Both the position numbers and the translations under genes were made by a program. Shown piece after piece: positions 36,557 to 46,525 of a stretch of DNA of 64,000 nucleotides (positions are counted from its first letter, which is position 1; every line of letters starts with the position of its first letter). The DNA lies in the NCBI GenBank assembly GCA_965242885.1, contig CBDETH010000008.1, positions 3,374,937 through 3,438,936 on the forward strand, read 5' to 3'. The notes below the pieces were generated by a model. The model saw only the letters and a program-made list of their open reading frames with translations. It was not told the origin of the DNA and did no database searches. The DNA comes from a bacterium (GTDB taxonomy: Bacteria > JAAXHH01).

Positions 36557-38371
36557 TCATTTGTCCGGGGCCGGAGCCGAGTCGGGGACCAGGGCCGGGG
36601 CCGGGGACGCAGTCGGTGCCGGGGCCGCAGCCGGGTCAGGGGAGGTGGCAGGGAGCAGTTCCTCCATGAGGCGAATCTTGTCGCGTACGGACCCGGCCTG
36701 TTCCGACCGGGGGTGGCGGTCCATGATTTCGCGGTACCGGTCGAGGGCGGTTTCGGGATCGTCGAAATGCGTCTCGGCGAGCCAGCCTAGCGCGTAGAGC
36801 GCACGCGGCGCGTATTCACCTTCCGGGTCCCGTTGGAGGACCAGCTCGTAAACCCCGCGCGCGGAGTCCGGCCGGCCGGCTTCGAAAAGCAGCCGTTCCG
36901 CCTCGGCGAAGAGCCGATCCGGGGGTAGTTCGCCTTCGATGGGTTTCGACTGCAGGAGGGCTGCTTCCACGGCGTGCACGGTCCCGGGATACCGCGTTGT
37001 GATGGAATCGAAGACCGAACGCGCGCTTTCCCTGTCCTTCAGTATCTCGTCGAGTATCCAGCCCCTTGCATAGGCAGCCTTGGCTGCAATAGCGGAATCG
37101 TTCGACCCTTCTTCAACGGCGCGGTACTGACTCAGTGCCGAGTCGGCCATCTCCAGCTGAAACAGATAGAGTTCCGCCAGCTGGAATCGCAGTCCGACCG
37201 CGTCATCTGTCAACTTCGCATAGTTCGACGGGGTATTCGATTCGGGACCGTCGGGGGATTTCAGCGCATTCATCGCGGCCAGCAGGTTTCCGAGGTTTCC
37301 GTCCAGGCGCCGCAGTTCGCGTATGGCGCGATGCTTCCGGTCGGCCTCATCGCCGACCCAGAACGAACGCGGACTCTTGCGTCGCGCCTCGTCATACCAC
37401 TGTTCCGTCAGATCGAGATCGCCCGCAGTCCGGTATAGTTCCCCCAGTTCGAACATGGCCCGGGAGACTTCCTCCGCGTGACTCCGGTCGGACTCGAAGT
37501 GGGTGATGAGCGATTCGTACTTGGAGACGGCCGATTCATGCAAGTCCATTTCGGCCAGGCACGCGGCTATCGCCAGTATGACCTCGGGGTGATAGTCGCT
37601 GTAGGCGCGCTGGTCCAGCAACGACTCGTATATCTCCAGCGCGGCCGGCAGATCCCCTTCGCGCCGCAGGCTTTCGCCCAGCATGAAACTCGCCTGAAAC
37701 TTAAGCTTCCGGGTCCGTGCCTGCTCGATGGCCTGGGCGAGTTGATCACGGGCCTCGGGGAACCGATGCGCTTCCAGCCTGGCGCGTGCGATGTGGTACC
37801 TGGCCTCCGCCTCCCGTTCATCGCCGGGGCGCTTTTCCAGCACTTCCTGGAACCGCGCGACGGCTTCCTCGTAGCGGGTGCCGCCCAGGGCGATCTTTCC
37901 CCGAAGCATCAGGGCGTCCGGAATCCGGTCGCTGCCGGGAAACTCCCTGACGAAACGGTCCAGCTGTTCATCAGCGCGGGTGGAATCCCCCGCGTTGAGG
38001 AGGCTGTTGCCCAGCGAGAAAACGCAGTGGCCGGTAAATTCGCCGTCCGGGAACAGCCTCAGCACCTGCTCATACCGCTTGATGGCCTGCAGATGCTGTC
38101 CCTGGATCGCCCGGACGTCACCGATCAGTACCAGCGCGTCGTCCACATAGGAACTTCCGGAGTGATCCCTCAGGACGAGTCCCGCGTTTTCGACGGCGAG
38201 TTCGTAGGAGGCCAGGGCCAGGGGCGGTATGCCGCCATCGGGAGTTTGCTGGGTGAGACGTATCCGCTCCCCTTCCTTGAACGCTTTCCTGGCGTTGTAG
38301 AACGTATTGTAGTACGCGCATCCAAAAACCACGCAAACCAGGGTGAGTGGGATCAGGGAAGTCCTGCGCAT
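36557..38371 (-). CDS. TPR-repeat lipoprotein
   Basis: Lipobox-like LVCVVFGC, then repeated TPR-like A..Y..A helices. Pro/Ala-rich C-terminal tail. Confidence 0.7.
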   Translation of the reverse strand: MRRTSLIPLTLVCVVFGCAYYNTFYNARKAFKEGERIRLTQQTPDGGIPPLALASYELAVENAGLVLRDHSGSSYVDDALVLIGDVRAIQGQHLQAIKRYEQVLRLFPDGEFTGHCVFSLGNSLLNAGDSTRADEQLDRFVREFPGSDRIPDALMLRGKIALGGTRYEEAVARFQEVLEKRPGDEREAEARYHIARARLEAHRFPEARDQLAQAIEQARTRKLKFQASFMLGESLRREGDLPAALEIYESLLDQRAYSDYHPEVILAIAACLAEMDLHESAVSKYESLITHFESDRSHAEEVSRAMFELGELYRTAGDLDLTEQWYDEARRKSPRSFWVGDEADRKHRAIRELRRLDGNLGNLLAAMNALKSPDGPESNTPSNYAKLTDDAVGLRFQLAELYLFQLEMADSALSQYRAVEEGSNDSAIAAKAAYARGWILDEILKDRESARSVFDSITTRYPGTVHAVEAALLQSKPIEGELPPDRLFAEAERLLFEAGRPDSARGVYELVLQRDPEGEYAPRALYALGWLAETHFDDPETALDRYREIMDRHPRSEQAGSVRDKIRLMEELLPATSPDPAAAPAPTASPAPALVPDSAPAPDK

Positions 38372-38372
38372 C

Positions 38373-39071
38373 TCAATCTCCGAACTTGTATCCGACGCCC
38401 CGGACGGTCGTGATGATATGCACGCCGTGGCGCTCGATCTTCATGCGCAGCCGTCTCACGTGCACGTCCACCGTCCTCGTACCGCTGAAATAATCGTATC
38501 CCCAGACGGCGGTCAGCAGCTCGTCCCGCGTGAACACCCGTCCCCTGTGCCGGGCCAGGTGCTTGAGCAACTCGTACTCTTTGAGGGTCAGATCAATCGC
38601 CTTGCCCCGGATCGTGACTTCGTAGTTGCCCAGGTTGATCAGCAGGTCGCCCCAGGCGATCATATCCTGGATCTGCACGCTGTGGCGCCGCCAGAGGACG
38701 TTCTTGATGCGAAGATCGAACTCGCGGACGTTGTATGGCGCGCAGATGAAATCGTCGATTCCCCGGGTGACGTCGAGGTCGCCGATAGCGTCCGCGCCGG
38801 TCAGGACCATGACCGCGGGGGCGTGCCGGAACCCGCGCGACCGCAGTTCGTCCATCACGAAGGGAAGGACCGACCGGGGCCGGTCCGTCTGGATGAGCAG
38901 GAGGTCCGAATCGGGTATGCGAGCGTGGAGGTCTTCAACAACGGTGTAATGCAGTTCCGTTAAGGCGTAACCTGCACCGCTCAACCACCTGATCAGCGGT
39001 TCGACGGGTTCCTGGCGGGCAAAAAGGATCGAAATTCGGGGAAGCCCGTTGCCGCTAAGTCTAACGGTCAT
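38373..39071 (-). CDS. OmpR/PhoB-family winged-helix regulator with a degenerate (pseudo-)receiver domain
   Basis: The C-terminus (LTLKEYELLKHL, VDVHVRRLRMKI, RGVGYKF) is canonical. The receiver lacks the N-terminal acidic pair and the KP lysine (ICAPY). The stop is 1 nt from the TPR gene start. Confidence 0.75.
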   Translation of the reverse strand: MTVRLSGNGLPRISILFARQEPVEPLIRWLSGAGYALTELHYTVVEDLHARIPDSDLLLIQTDRPRSVLPFVMDELRSRGFRHAPAVMVLTGADAIGDLDVTRGIDDFICAPYNVREFDLRIKNVLWRRHSVQIQDMIAWGDLLINLGNYEVTIRGKAIDLTLKEYELLKHLARHRGRVFTRDELLTAVWGYDYFSGTRTVDVHVRRLRMKIERHGVHIITTVRGVGYKFGD

Positions 39072-39141
39072 GGGTTCTCATTACAAGCCCACGTTGGAAG
39101 GAGCAACCGGTTGCGGCGAACGGACTTTCCCTCGAACGGCG

Positions 39142-39579
39142 TCAGAACGGAAGATCGTCGTCGGAATCGGCCTCGGGCGTAGAAGGCGGCGCTTCCGTCG
39201 CCGTGCTCCCGACTCCTCCGGGTGCGTCCGATGCGAGCTCATTCTGCTGGCGGGCACTCAGCATCTGCATCTCGTTCGCCACGATCTCGGTCATGTACCG
39301 TTTCATCCCGTTCTGATCCTCCCAGGAACGGGTCTGCAGACGTCCTTCGACATACACCGGTGCGCCTTTCTTGAGGTACTGGCCGCAGATCTCCGCCAGT
39401 TTCGAAAAGGCCACGATCCGGTGCCATTCCGTTTCTTCCCGCCGTTCTCCGTCCTGCGTGTTCCACTGGCGCGTCGTGGCCATGCGGAAATTGACCACGG
39501 CCCGGCCGGCAGGCGTGTACCTCATCTCGGGATCCGCGCCGAGATTGCCGATCAGAATGACTTTATTCAAGCTGGCCAT
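39142..39579 (-). CDS. ssb: Single-stranded DNA-binding protein
   Basis: [18 protein letters not shown], the OB-fold core and the acidic C-terminal DDDLPF tip. Confidence 0.95.
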   Translation of the reverse strand: MASLNKVILIGNLGADPEMRYTPAGRAVVNFRMATTRQWNTQDGERREETEWHRIVAFSKLAEICGQYLKKGAPVYVEGRLQTRSWEDQNGMKRYMTEIVANEMQMLSARQQNELASDAPGGVGSTATEAPPSTPEADSDDDLPF

Positions 39580-39824
39580 TTGGGATGCTCCTTATATGAA
39601 AAAGAATGAAGTGAGTATAGCGAGATACACGGGGCAAGTCAAGCGAATTTCCCGCTGTCCCGGGACCGTCGCACGGGAGAAAACAGCTTGCTTATCCCCG
39701 GTATCGCGCCCTATATTCGAATAGTCGAGGGACCTTTTCAAAACATCGTAACTATTGTTGACGGAACCCGACACCGGACGCGTCGGAATGCCCTCCCCCG
39801 GCCCGTTATCCGCCCGATTGGCCC

Positions 39825-41051
39825 ATGACCCTCCCGGTTCACCTCTACCGATACGTGTTCAAGGCGCACGTCGGTCCCTTTCTTTTCTCCTTCGTGGTCA
39901 TCACGTTCATCCTCGTGATGGACATCATATTCCAGATCGCCGACCTCATCATCGGCAAGAACCTCGACCTGTTCATCGTGCTCGAGGTGTTTTTCCTCAA
40001 CCTGGCCTGGATTGTCGCCGTATCGATCCCCATGTCCGTGCTGGTCGCCAGCCTCATGGCATTCGGCCGGCTTTCGGCCGACAACGAGGTCACCGCGCTC
40101 AAGGCAGGCGGCGTCAGTTTCTTCCAGATGGTCTCGCCGGTCCTGGCAGCGGGAATCCTCCTGGGGAGCGGCCACCTGTTCTTCTTGGACGTCATTCTGC
40201 CCGAAGCCAACTACCGGGCGCGCTCGCTCATGAACGACATCCACCGGGCGCGTCCCACGTTGCTCTTCACCGGGGGCATATTCATGAAGGACATACCGGG
40301 ATACAGCATCCTGATCGACCGGGTCAATCCAAGAAACAACGAAATCTCCGGTATCACCATCTACGAGACGGAGAACCTTCGCTACCCCCGCCTCATGACG
40401 GCGAAATCCGGTGAATTTCACGTCAACGAGACGGGCAGCCGGCTCGATCTCATGCTGTACGACGGAGAACTGCTGCAGCAGGACGAATCTTCGGGGCGCT
40501 ATTTCAAAGAGATCTTCGAGCGGCAGCGGTTTACGATCCGCACCGAACCGGCCGGCGTCCAGCGATCGGAGGCGGGCATCCGGGGCGACCGCGAACTGAA
40601 CATCGAGATGATGCAAGCCAGAATCGATGAGTGGCAGCTGGACATCGACGAAGCATCGGCGATCATGGAATCCGCACCGGATGCTCAGGAGACGAAGGCG
40701 GATTCTCTCGAGGCGGCGAGGGACCGGGCGGAACGGACGGTCTCGCTGAGGCAGCGGCAGAAGAACAGTTACATCGTGGAGATCCACAAGAAGTACGCCA
40801 TTTCAGCGGCCTGCTTCGTCTTCGTGCTGATCGGCGCGCCGCTGGGGGTTCGCATACGCCGCGGCAGCATCGGCGTCAGCGTCGGCGTCAGCCTGTGCTT
40901 CTTCCTGCTGTACTGGGCCTGCCTGCTCGGCGGTGAGGAACTGGCGGACCGCGACATGATCGATCCCGTCTGGGCGATGTGGGCGGCGAATATCGTCATC
41001 GGCGTTCCCGGAGCCTTCCTGGTCTGGGTTACCGGCCGAGACCGCATTTGA
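39825..41051 (+). CDS. lptF: LPS export ABC permease, LptF/LptG (YjgP/YjgQ) family
   Basis: N-terminus YRYVFKAHVGPFLFSF, topology of 3 TM + periplasmic domain + 3 TM. First gene of a tandem pair. Confidence 0.75.
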   Translation: MTLPVHLYRYVFKAHVGPFLFSFVVITFILVMDIIFQIADLIIGKNLDLFIVLEVFFLNLAWIVAVSIPMSVLVASLMAFGRLSADNEVTALKAGGVSFFQMVSPVLAAGILLGSGHLFFLDVILPEANYRARSLMNDIHRARPTLLFTGGIFMKDIPGYSILIDRVNPRNNEISGITIYETENLRYPRLMTAKSGEFHVNETGSRLDLMLYDGELLQQDESSGRYFKEIFERQRFTIRTEPAGVQRSEAGIRGDRELNIEMMQARIDEWQLDIDEASAIMESAPDAQETKADSLEAARDRAERTVSLRQRQKNSYIVEIHKKYAISAACFVFVLIGAPLGVRIRRGSIGVSVGVSLCFFLLYWACLLGGEELADRDMIDPVWAMWAANIVIGVPGAFLVWVTGRDRI

Positions 41052-41107
41052 CGGTCAGCCTGGTCAGCCTGGACAGCCTGGTCGCGTCTGGTCGCGCCTG
41101 GACACGC
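41052..41107. repeat. About six copies of a 9-10-bp tandem repeat (CTGGTCAGC), in the lptF-lptG spacer
   Basis: cggtcagc ctggtcagc ctggacagc ctggtcgcgt ctggtcgcgc ctggacacgc, starting directly after the lptF stop. Confidence 0.9.
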
Positions 41108-41145
41108 TTCAATTCGCTTCGATACCACCGGAGGAACGACGTTTC

Positions 41146-42228
41146 ATGTCCCTGATCACCCGGTACGTGCTCCGCCTGTTCATCACCGCCATCGCCGTCA
41201 GCCTGATCGCCTTCGTCAGCATCTTCTTCGTGGTCGATCTCATCGAGCAGCTGGACAGTTTCCTCGACCGCGAGGTGGCCCCGGTATACATCGCGCTCTA
41301 CTACGCCTACTACACGCCCTATATCTTCGTACTCACGATTCCCGTCAGCCTGCTGCTCGCCAGCCTGTATACCTTCGGCCAACTGACCAGGCTGGGCGAG
41401 TTGACCGCCATGAAGGCATCCGGGCTAAGCGTGTACCGGTTGCTGCGGCCCCTGCTCCTGGTCAGCGCGGTGGTAAGCGGCTGCCTGTTCTGGGCCGGTG
41501 AATGGCTCGTACCCCATACGAGCATGAAACGGGCCGAAATCCAGTCGGAGCACGTGGACCTGCGGGGCGGAGCAGGCCAGCACATACGAAACGACGTGTA
41601 CTTCAGAGGAGAAGGAGGGCGCCAGTTCTATATCCGCGTATTCGACGGTCTCGACGCGGAGGGCACAGGGGTTTTCGTCACCGAATTCCAAGACAGCCTC
41701 GTCTCCAGCGTGCTCGAGGCGGAAAGTGCCCTCTGGAAGGACGGTCGCTGGCTGGTTTCCAACGGGGTGGAACGGCGGTTCCAGGCAGGAGGCGGACTAT
41801 CCGAATACACTACTTTCGCCGAACGGGAACCGGACGGATGGTCCGTAACGCCGGAGGATTTCATGCGGGGGCAGAAACGTCCCGAAGAGATGAGCTACGG
41901 CGAACTCGACCAGTTGATCCAGAACGTCGAGCGCGGTGGCGGAGACGTGCAGGGCTACCTGGTAGACCTCAACCTGAAGATCGCCTTCCCCAGCGCGGGT
42001 CTGATCATCGTGCTCCTGGGCGGCGCGCTGGCCTCACATCTGAGACGGGGCGGCGTGGCAGTGGGATTTGCCCTGAGTATCGGTATTTGTTTCGTCTACT
42101 GGGGACTGCTCCGCTTTGCCCAGGCCTTCGGGCACGCCGGATTGCTTCACCCCATGGCCGCGGCCTGGGGTGCCAACGCCCTCTTCTGCCTGCTGGCCCT
42201 GATTCTGCTGGTCAGAGCGCCGAAATAG
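41146..42228 (+). CDS. lptG: LPS export ABC permease, LptF/LptG family
   Basis: N-terminus ITRYVLRLFITAIAVSL and the same topology as lptF. Second gene of the pair. Confidence 0.75.
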   Translation: MSLITRYVLRLFITAIAVSLIAFVSIFFVVDLIEQLDSFLDREVAPVYIALYYAYYTPYIFVLTIPVSLLLASLYTFGQLTRLGELTAMKASGLSVYRLLRPLLLVSAVVSGCLFWAGEWLVPHTSMKRAEIQSEHVDLRGGAGQHIRNDVYFRGEGGRQFYIRVFDGLDAEGTGVFVTEFQDSLVSSVLEAESALWKDGRWLVSNGVERRFQAGGGLSEYTTFAEREPDGWSVTPEDFMRGQKRPEEMSYGELDQLIQNVERGGGDVQGYLVDLNLKIAFPSAGLIIVLLGGALASHLRRGGVAVGFALSIGICFVYWGLLRFAQAFGHAGLLHPMAAAWGANALFCLLALILLVRAPK

Positions 42229-42340
42229 GACACGCTGGGCGTGGCAACACCCCTGGTCAGAGCGCCGAAATGAGACTCGCTTCGCCCGGAAACACCTTAG
42301 TCAGAGCGCCGAAATGAGACTCGCTTCGCGCGGAAACACC
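42208..42340. repeat. Three copies of a 44-45-bp tandem repeat. The first copy contains the last 6 codons and the stop of lptG.
   Basis: ctggtcagagcgccgaaatag... / ctggtcagagcgccgaaatgagactcgcttcgcccggaaacacc / ttagtcagagcgccgaaatgagactcgcttcgcgcggaaacacc. Confidence 0.9.
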
Positions 42341-42379
42341 GCCTGGTCCACCTGACCGGGCGTCCCGTTCCCTGACGGC

Positions 42380-43522
42380 TCATGCGTGGTTCTTGAGTTC
42401 CTCCGCCTTGTCGCAGTTCTCCCAGGTGAAGCCCGCCTCGTTGCGGCCGAAGTGTCCGTAGGACGCCGTGGGGCGGTAGATCGGCCGGCGCAGGTCGAGG
42501 CTTTCGATGATGCCCTGGGGCGTCAGGTCGAAGTGCTTGCGGATCAGCCGCGTGATCTCCAGGTCATCGGCCGCGCCGGTGCCGTAGGAATTGACGTTGA
42601 CGGAAACCGGTTCCGCCACGCCGATGACGTAGGCAAGCTGGATCTCGCATTTATCGGCCAGTCCGGCCGCGACGACGTTCTTGGCCACGTAGCGGGCCGC
42701 GTAGGAAGCCGAGCGGTCCACCTTGGTCGGGTCTTTGCCCGAATAGGCCCCGCCCCCGTGGCGGCAGTAACCGCCGTAGGTGTCCACGATGATCTTCCGG
42801 CCCGTCAGGCCGGCGTCTCCCTGGGGTCCGCCGGTGACGAAACGGCCGGTCGCGTTGACATGGTACTTGATCCGGCCCGGGTCGATCAACGCTTCCGGCA
42901 ACGCGGGGGCAATCACCTCGTTGACGATGTCCTCCCTGATCTGCTCGTTGGAGACGTCCGGGTCGTGCTGGGCGGCGATGACCACCGTGTCGATCCGGCG
43001 GGGCTCGCCATCGACGTATTCCACCGTGACCTGCGATTTGCCGTCGGGACGCAGGTACGGGGCCGCGCCGTCCTTCCGGATCGCCGCGAGGTTTCGGGTC
43101 AGCCGGTGGGCCAGGGTGATAGGCAGGGGCATCATCTCGGGCGTCTCGTTGGTCGCGTAGCCGAACATCATGCCCTGGTCGCCCGCGCCTTCCCGGTCCA
43201 CCCCCATAGCAATGTCGGCCGACTGCTGGTCGAGGGATACGATCACGCCGCAGGATTCCCAGTCCAGCCCGAACCCGGAATCCGTATACCCGATGGATTT
43301 GACGGTCTCGCGGGCTACGTTCTGCGCGTCCACGTGGCCGTCCGTCGTGATCTCCCCGCCCACGACCACCAGGCCCGTGGTGACGAAGGTCTCACAGGCC
43401 ACGCGGGCGTAAGGGTCCTGTTCGATGACGGCGTCCAGCACCGCGTCGGAGATCTGGTCGGCGACCTTGTCAGGATGGCCTTCGGTAACGGATTCGGAAG
43501 TGAAGAGGTAACCTGGTGTCAT
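42380..43522 (-). CDS. metK: S-adenosylmethionine synthase
   Basis: [25 protein letters not shown] and [24 protein letters not shown] upstream. Confidence 0.97.
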   Translation of the reverse strand: MTPGYLFTSESVTEGHPDKVADQISDAVLDAVIEQDPYARVACETFVTTGLVVVGGEITTDGHVDAQNVARETVKSIGYTDSGFGLDWESCGVIVSLDQQSADIAMGVDREGAGDQGMMFGYATNETPEMMPLPITLAHRLTRNLAAIRKDGAAPYLRPDGKSQVTVEYVDGEPRRIDTVVIAAQHDPDVSNEQIREDIVNEVIAPALPEALIDPGRIKYHVNATGRFVTGGPQGDAGLTGRKIIVDTYGGYCRHGGGAYSGKDPTKVDRSASYAARYVAKNVVAAGLADKCEIQLAYVIGVAEPVSVNVNSYGTGAADDLEITRLIRKHFDLTPQGIIESLDLRRPIYRPTASYGHFGRNEAGFTWENCDKAEELKNHA

Positions 43523-43587
43523 GCGTCATGCTCCTAACGAACTGTTGTCGGGTCGTGAATGATCGGTCTCGTGGTTTCGATAAATGG

Positions 43588-44646
43588 TCAAACGAAAACT
43601 TCGCAGCGTGCGCCACCCGTACCACCCGGGCCGCCGGGGCCGTCCGGGCTAGCCTTGCCACCCGGGCCAGCCAGTCCGTTCAGGTTGCCCGGGCCGACCG
43701 GAACACGCCTCACCGTATCGGCCAGGACGGCATGGGGAGTAACGATGGAACCCCGAAGGTCGCAGTTCTCGATATGGGCGTGGGTTCCGATGGTGGCGTC
43801 GCGGACGACGGTGCGTGCGACGCAGGCCCTGGACGAGATGGCGACGTGGGGGCCGATGACGGACCGATGGACCCGGGCGTCGTCCGCGATGTCCACCGGC
43901 GGAATGATCACGCTGCCGGGAATGTCGCAACGCCCCCCGTTCAGGTCGAGCAGCCGCCTGTTGGCCTCCAACAGACGCTCCGGCGTGCCGCAATCGTACA
44001 AATCGTCGACTTCGAAGGGGGCCAGGCGTTCGCCCTGTTCAACCATCCACTGCAGGGCGTCCGTCAGTTGATACTCGTTCCGGGTCCTTCTGCCGGATCT
44101 TACGAGGATGTCCAGTCCTTCCATGAGCGGTCGGGGACTGGAGAAACCGTAGATCCCGGCGATCGCGAGATTCGACACGGGGTGGTCGGGTTTCTCCACC
44201 AACCGGGTAATCCGCCCGTCCACGACCTCGACCAGTCCGTACCGGCTAAGGTCACCTGCGACCCGCTTGACGCCGATGGCGTTACAGGGCGGTTCGTCGG
44301 CCAGGAAAGAGAAATCAGAAAGATATATGACGTCGCCCAGCAGGACCAGGAGCGGCTCGTCATCCACGAGGTCCCCGCACAGGTGCACGGCGTGTCCGAT
44401 CCCGAGCGGCTCATGTTGCACGACGTACCGGGCTTCGAGGTCATCCCGCCCGTCGACGTACTGGCGGATAACGTCTCCCGAAGGCGAGACCACCAACACG
44501 ACGTCGCGGATGCCCATGCCGGTTACCTGGTCGAGCAGGTATTCCAGCACCGGCTTACCGGCGACGGGGACCATGGCCTTGGGGGTTTTCAACGTGAGGG
44601 GGCGCAATCGGCTACCGCTGCCAGCGACGGGAATGATGGCTTTCAT
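43588..44646 (-). CDS. Sugar-1-phosphate nucleotidyltransferase with a C-terminal left-handed beta-helix domain
   Basis: MKAIIPVAGSGSRLRPLTLKTPKAMVPV signature and hexapeptide-like C-terminus. An AAGGAAG RBS precedes ATG 44646. Repeat-derived Gly/Pro tail. Confidence 0.8.
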   Translation of the reverse strand: MKAIIPVAGSGSRLRPLTLKTPKAMVPVAGKPVLEYLLDQVTGMGIRDVVLVVSPSGDVIRQYVDGRDDLEARYVVQHEPLGIGHAVHLCGDLVDDEPLLVLLGDVIYLSDFSFLADEPPCNAIGVKRVAGDLSRYGLVEVVDGRITRLVEKPDHPVSNLAIAGIYGFSSPRPLMEGLDILVRSGRRTRNEYQLTDALQWMVEQGERLAPFEVDDLYDCGTPERLLEANRRLLDLNGGRCDIPGSVIIPPVDIADDARVHRSVIGPHVAISSRACVARTVVRDATIGTHAHIENCDLRGSIVTPHAVLADTVRRVPVGPGNLNGLAGPGGKASPDGPGGPGGTGGARCEVFV

Positions 44647-44894
44647 GGGACTTCCTTGCGCGTGTGCACCCTCTCCCGGCGGAACGCGCCGGGACCGAAA
44701 AGAACGGTTCAGTAAGTAACAGCGGACCAGGACCGCGCGCAACAGAAATCATGGTTTCCAGCACCGGTGCCGACCCCGGTCTCCGTGGCTGCTGGCTCCG
44801 GTCTTGGCGGCTGTGGTCCCGGTATTCGCGGCGGCAGGCCAATGTTCTCGTTACGCCGGACCCAGGTTCTCACTACGACGGACCGTATTTATAC

Positions 44895-45569
44895 TCAGAA
44901 GATCGAACCGAGCCAGGCGCCGAGAGCTTCCATCCGGCCGGTCAGCAGGGATATGCGCGCCATGACCGTGTACCCGAAGGCCGCGCCGAAGGTCACCATC
45001 AAAACCCAGATACCCGCGCGGGACACGTGTCCCAGCACACCCTTGTGCTCCACGGAAAAGAAGAAGTATACCAGGCCGCAGATCACGCCCAGGACGAGTA
45101 CAACGTGGGAGAAGCTGGCCCCCCAGAGCAGGTTGCCCGAAGCGTCAAGCACCACGAGGGGGATCATGGTACTCTGGACCTGGATGATGAAGTCCGAATC
45201 GAGGAATCGGGGCAGGTTGAACCCCGCCGCGCCGCCGACGATGAAAGCCAGGGCCCAGCGGCTGAGCCAGGCCCAGCGGTCGATCAGGCGGGTGAGCAGC
45301 AGCAGGCCGAAGACGGCGGGGATGAGGTAGTAGTAGTCCGGCGATCGGCCCACGGCGCCGGGCACGACCCCCGACATGAGCGAAGGGAACAGCTTGCCGA
45401 GCAGATTCGGCACCAGGTGGTCCCAGAACCCGACGGCCATCAGGTATGCGGCCGAAACGCCGACGAACAGGTGTTCGGCGAACTTGTAGAAGGGATTGTC
45501 CCGGTAGAGGAAACTGAGGATCATCAGCGTGAGGGCCGCGTCGATCCATAGCATCAGCGTTACGTCCAT
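44895..45569 (-). CDS. Hypothetical polytopic membrane protein (gene 7 of the ASKHA-ATPase operon)
   Basis: About 6 hydrophobic helices. No recognisable domain. Confidence 0.55.
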   Translation of the reverse strand: MDVTLMLWIDAALTLMILSFLYRDNPFYKFAEHLFVGVSAAYLMAVGFWDHLVPNLLGKLFPSLMSGVVPGAVGRSPDYYYLIPAVFGLLLLTRLIDRWAWLSRWALAFIVGGAAGFNLPRFLDSDFIIQVQSTMIPLVVLDASGNLLWGASFSHVVLVLGVICGLVYFFFSVEHKGVLGHVSRAGIWVLMVTFGAAFGYTVMARISLLTGRMEALGAWLGSIF

Positions 45570-45574
45570 AAAAA

Positions 45575-45700
45575 GACCTCTATGGCCGGCGTCAGACCCG
45601 GCCCCCTGGCTTGTCCGGTCTGTCCGGCCTCCCTAGCCTGCCCGATTACCCTGGCCTGTTCGACCCGTTCGGCCCGCCCGGTCCGCCCGGCCGAGGAAAT
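45575..45700. repeat. Degenerate GGCC/GGTC-rich short tandem repeats spanning the 3' end of gene 6 and the spacer to gene 7
   Basis: ...ctggcttgtccggtctgtccggcctccctagcctgcccgattaccctggcctgttcgacccgttcggcccgcccggtccgcccggcc. It encodes the GRADRAGRTGRTGQGNRAG tail. Confidence 0.75.
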
Positions 45701-46523
45701 AGGCCAGGTTGCCCAGCAGGACCAGCAGGACGATCAGCACGTGAGTCACGACCTGGGGCCCCATGCGCATGGTGGCCTCCATGGTGGCGTTCCGGTAGGC
45801 CGGATACCGGGCCACCAGGGCGGACTCGTACTCGGAAGCTCCTTTGAGGCCGCCCATCAGGCCGACCAGCTGCTGGGGATAGTAGGGATAGAGTTCCGGC
45901 GCCACCACGGCCGTGCCGCCTCCCATGACGGGAATCCCCGCGATGTCGCCCGCGAACTGGATCCACTCCTTCAGTCCCGGGTCCCCCGCGGTCAGGCTCA
46001 GGATGATGACGTAATCCACCATCTCGTCCACGTCCGCGGTTATGGGAAGATCGTCGAGCGGCGTGCCCTCCGCGTCGGCGTTGACCAGGGTCCTGAAGTT
46101 GACCACCATGGTGTTGATCGCGCCGCCCAGACCGGCCTTGTACCCCAGGTTCACGAAGTCCCGCCCGTACGCCTTGTCCGGGAACTCCACGGGCAGCAGG
46201 TTGTCCGTGATCTTCTTGATCTGTCCCACCCCCTCGGGGAACAGGGTGAAGAAAGAAACCTCGAGATCACGGGTCATCGTATGCCGCACGAGGGCCTTGG
46301 CCATGGGATCCAGCTCGGGTGCGGTGTCCGGACCGTAGTCGAAGGAAAGGAACACCCGCGACCCGGACGGAAGCCGTTCCACCGTGTCGAAGATCGACTG
46401 GACGATAGGCGTGGGGCTGTCCTGGAAGCGGGGTTTCAGGAGCAGGGGGATGCAGACCGCCGCCCCGATGAGCAGGAAGATGATCCGGCGGTCGATCTGC
46501 AGGATGGAATCGGGAATCCGCAT
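45633..46523 (-). CDS. Hypothetical bitopic protein (N- and C-terminal TM helices flanking a soluble domain of about 240 aa; gene 6)
   Basis: ATG 46523 has a GGGGAGAG RBS and lies 2 nt after the upstream stop. TM helices IIFLLIGAAVCIPLLL and VLIVLLVLLGNLAYFL. Confidence 0.6.
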   Translation of the reverse strand: MRIPDSILQIDRRIIFLLIGAAVCIPLLLKPRFQDSPTPIVQSIFDTVERLPSGSRVFLSFDYGPDTAPELDPMAKALVRHTMTRDLEVSFFTLFPEGVGQIKKITDNLLPVEFPDKAYGRDFVNLGYKAGLGGAINTMVVNFRTLVNADAEGTPLDDLPITADVDEMVDYVIILSLTAGDPGLKEWIQFAGDIAGIPVMGGGTAVVAPELYPYYPQQLVGLMGGLKGASEYESALVARYPAYRNATMEATMRMGPQVVTHVLIVLLVLLGNLAYFLGRADRAGRTGRTGQGNRAG

Positions 46524-46525
46524 GC

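Noticed and set aside
42208-42340. A possible CRISPR array (also considered for 63051-63173 and 48055-48210).
   Set aside because: The units are directly adjacent with no unique spacers, there are only 3-4 copies, and no cas genes are in the window. These are plain tandem repeats.
43523-43587. A possible SAM riboswitch in the metK leader.
   Set aside because: Only 65 nt separate metK from the upstream gene's stop. I could not recognise SAM-I, SAM-II or SAM-V conserved cores by eye, and the genes are probably co-transcribed. A covariance-model scan would be needed to exclude it.
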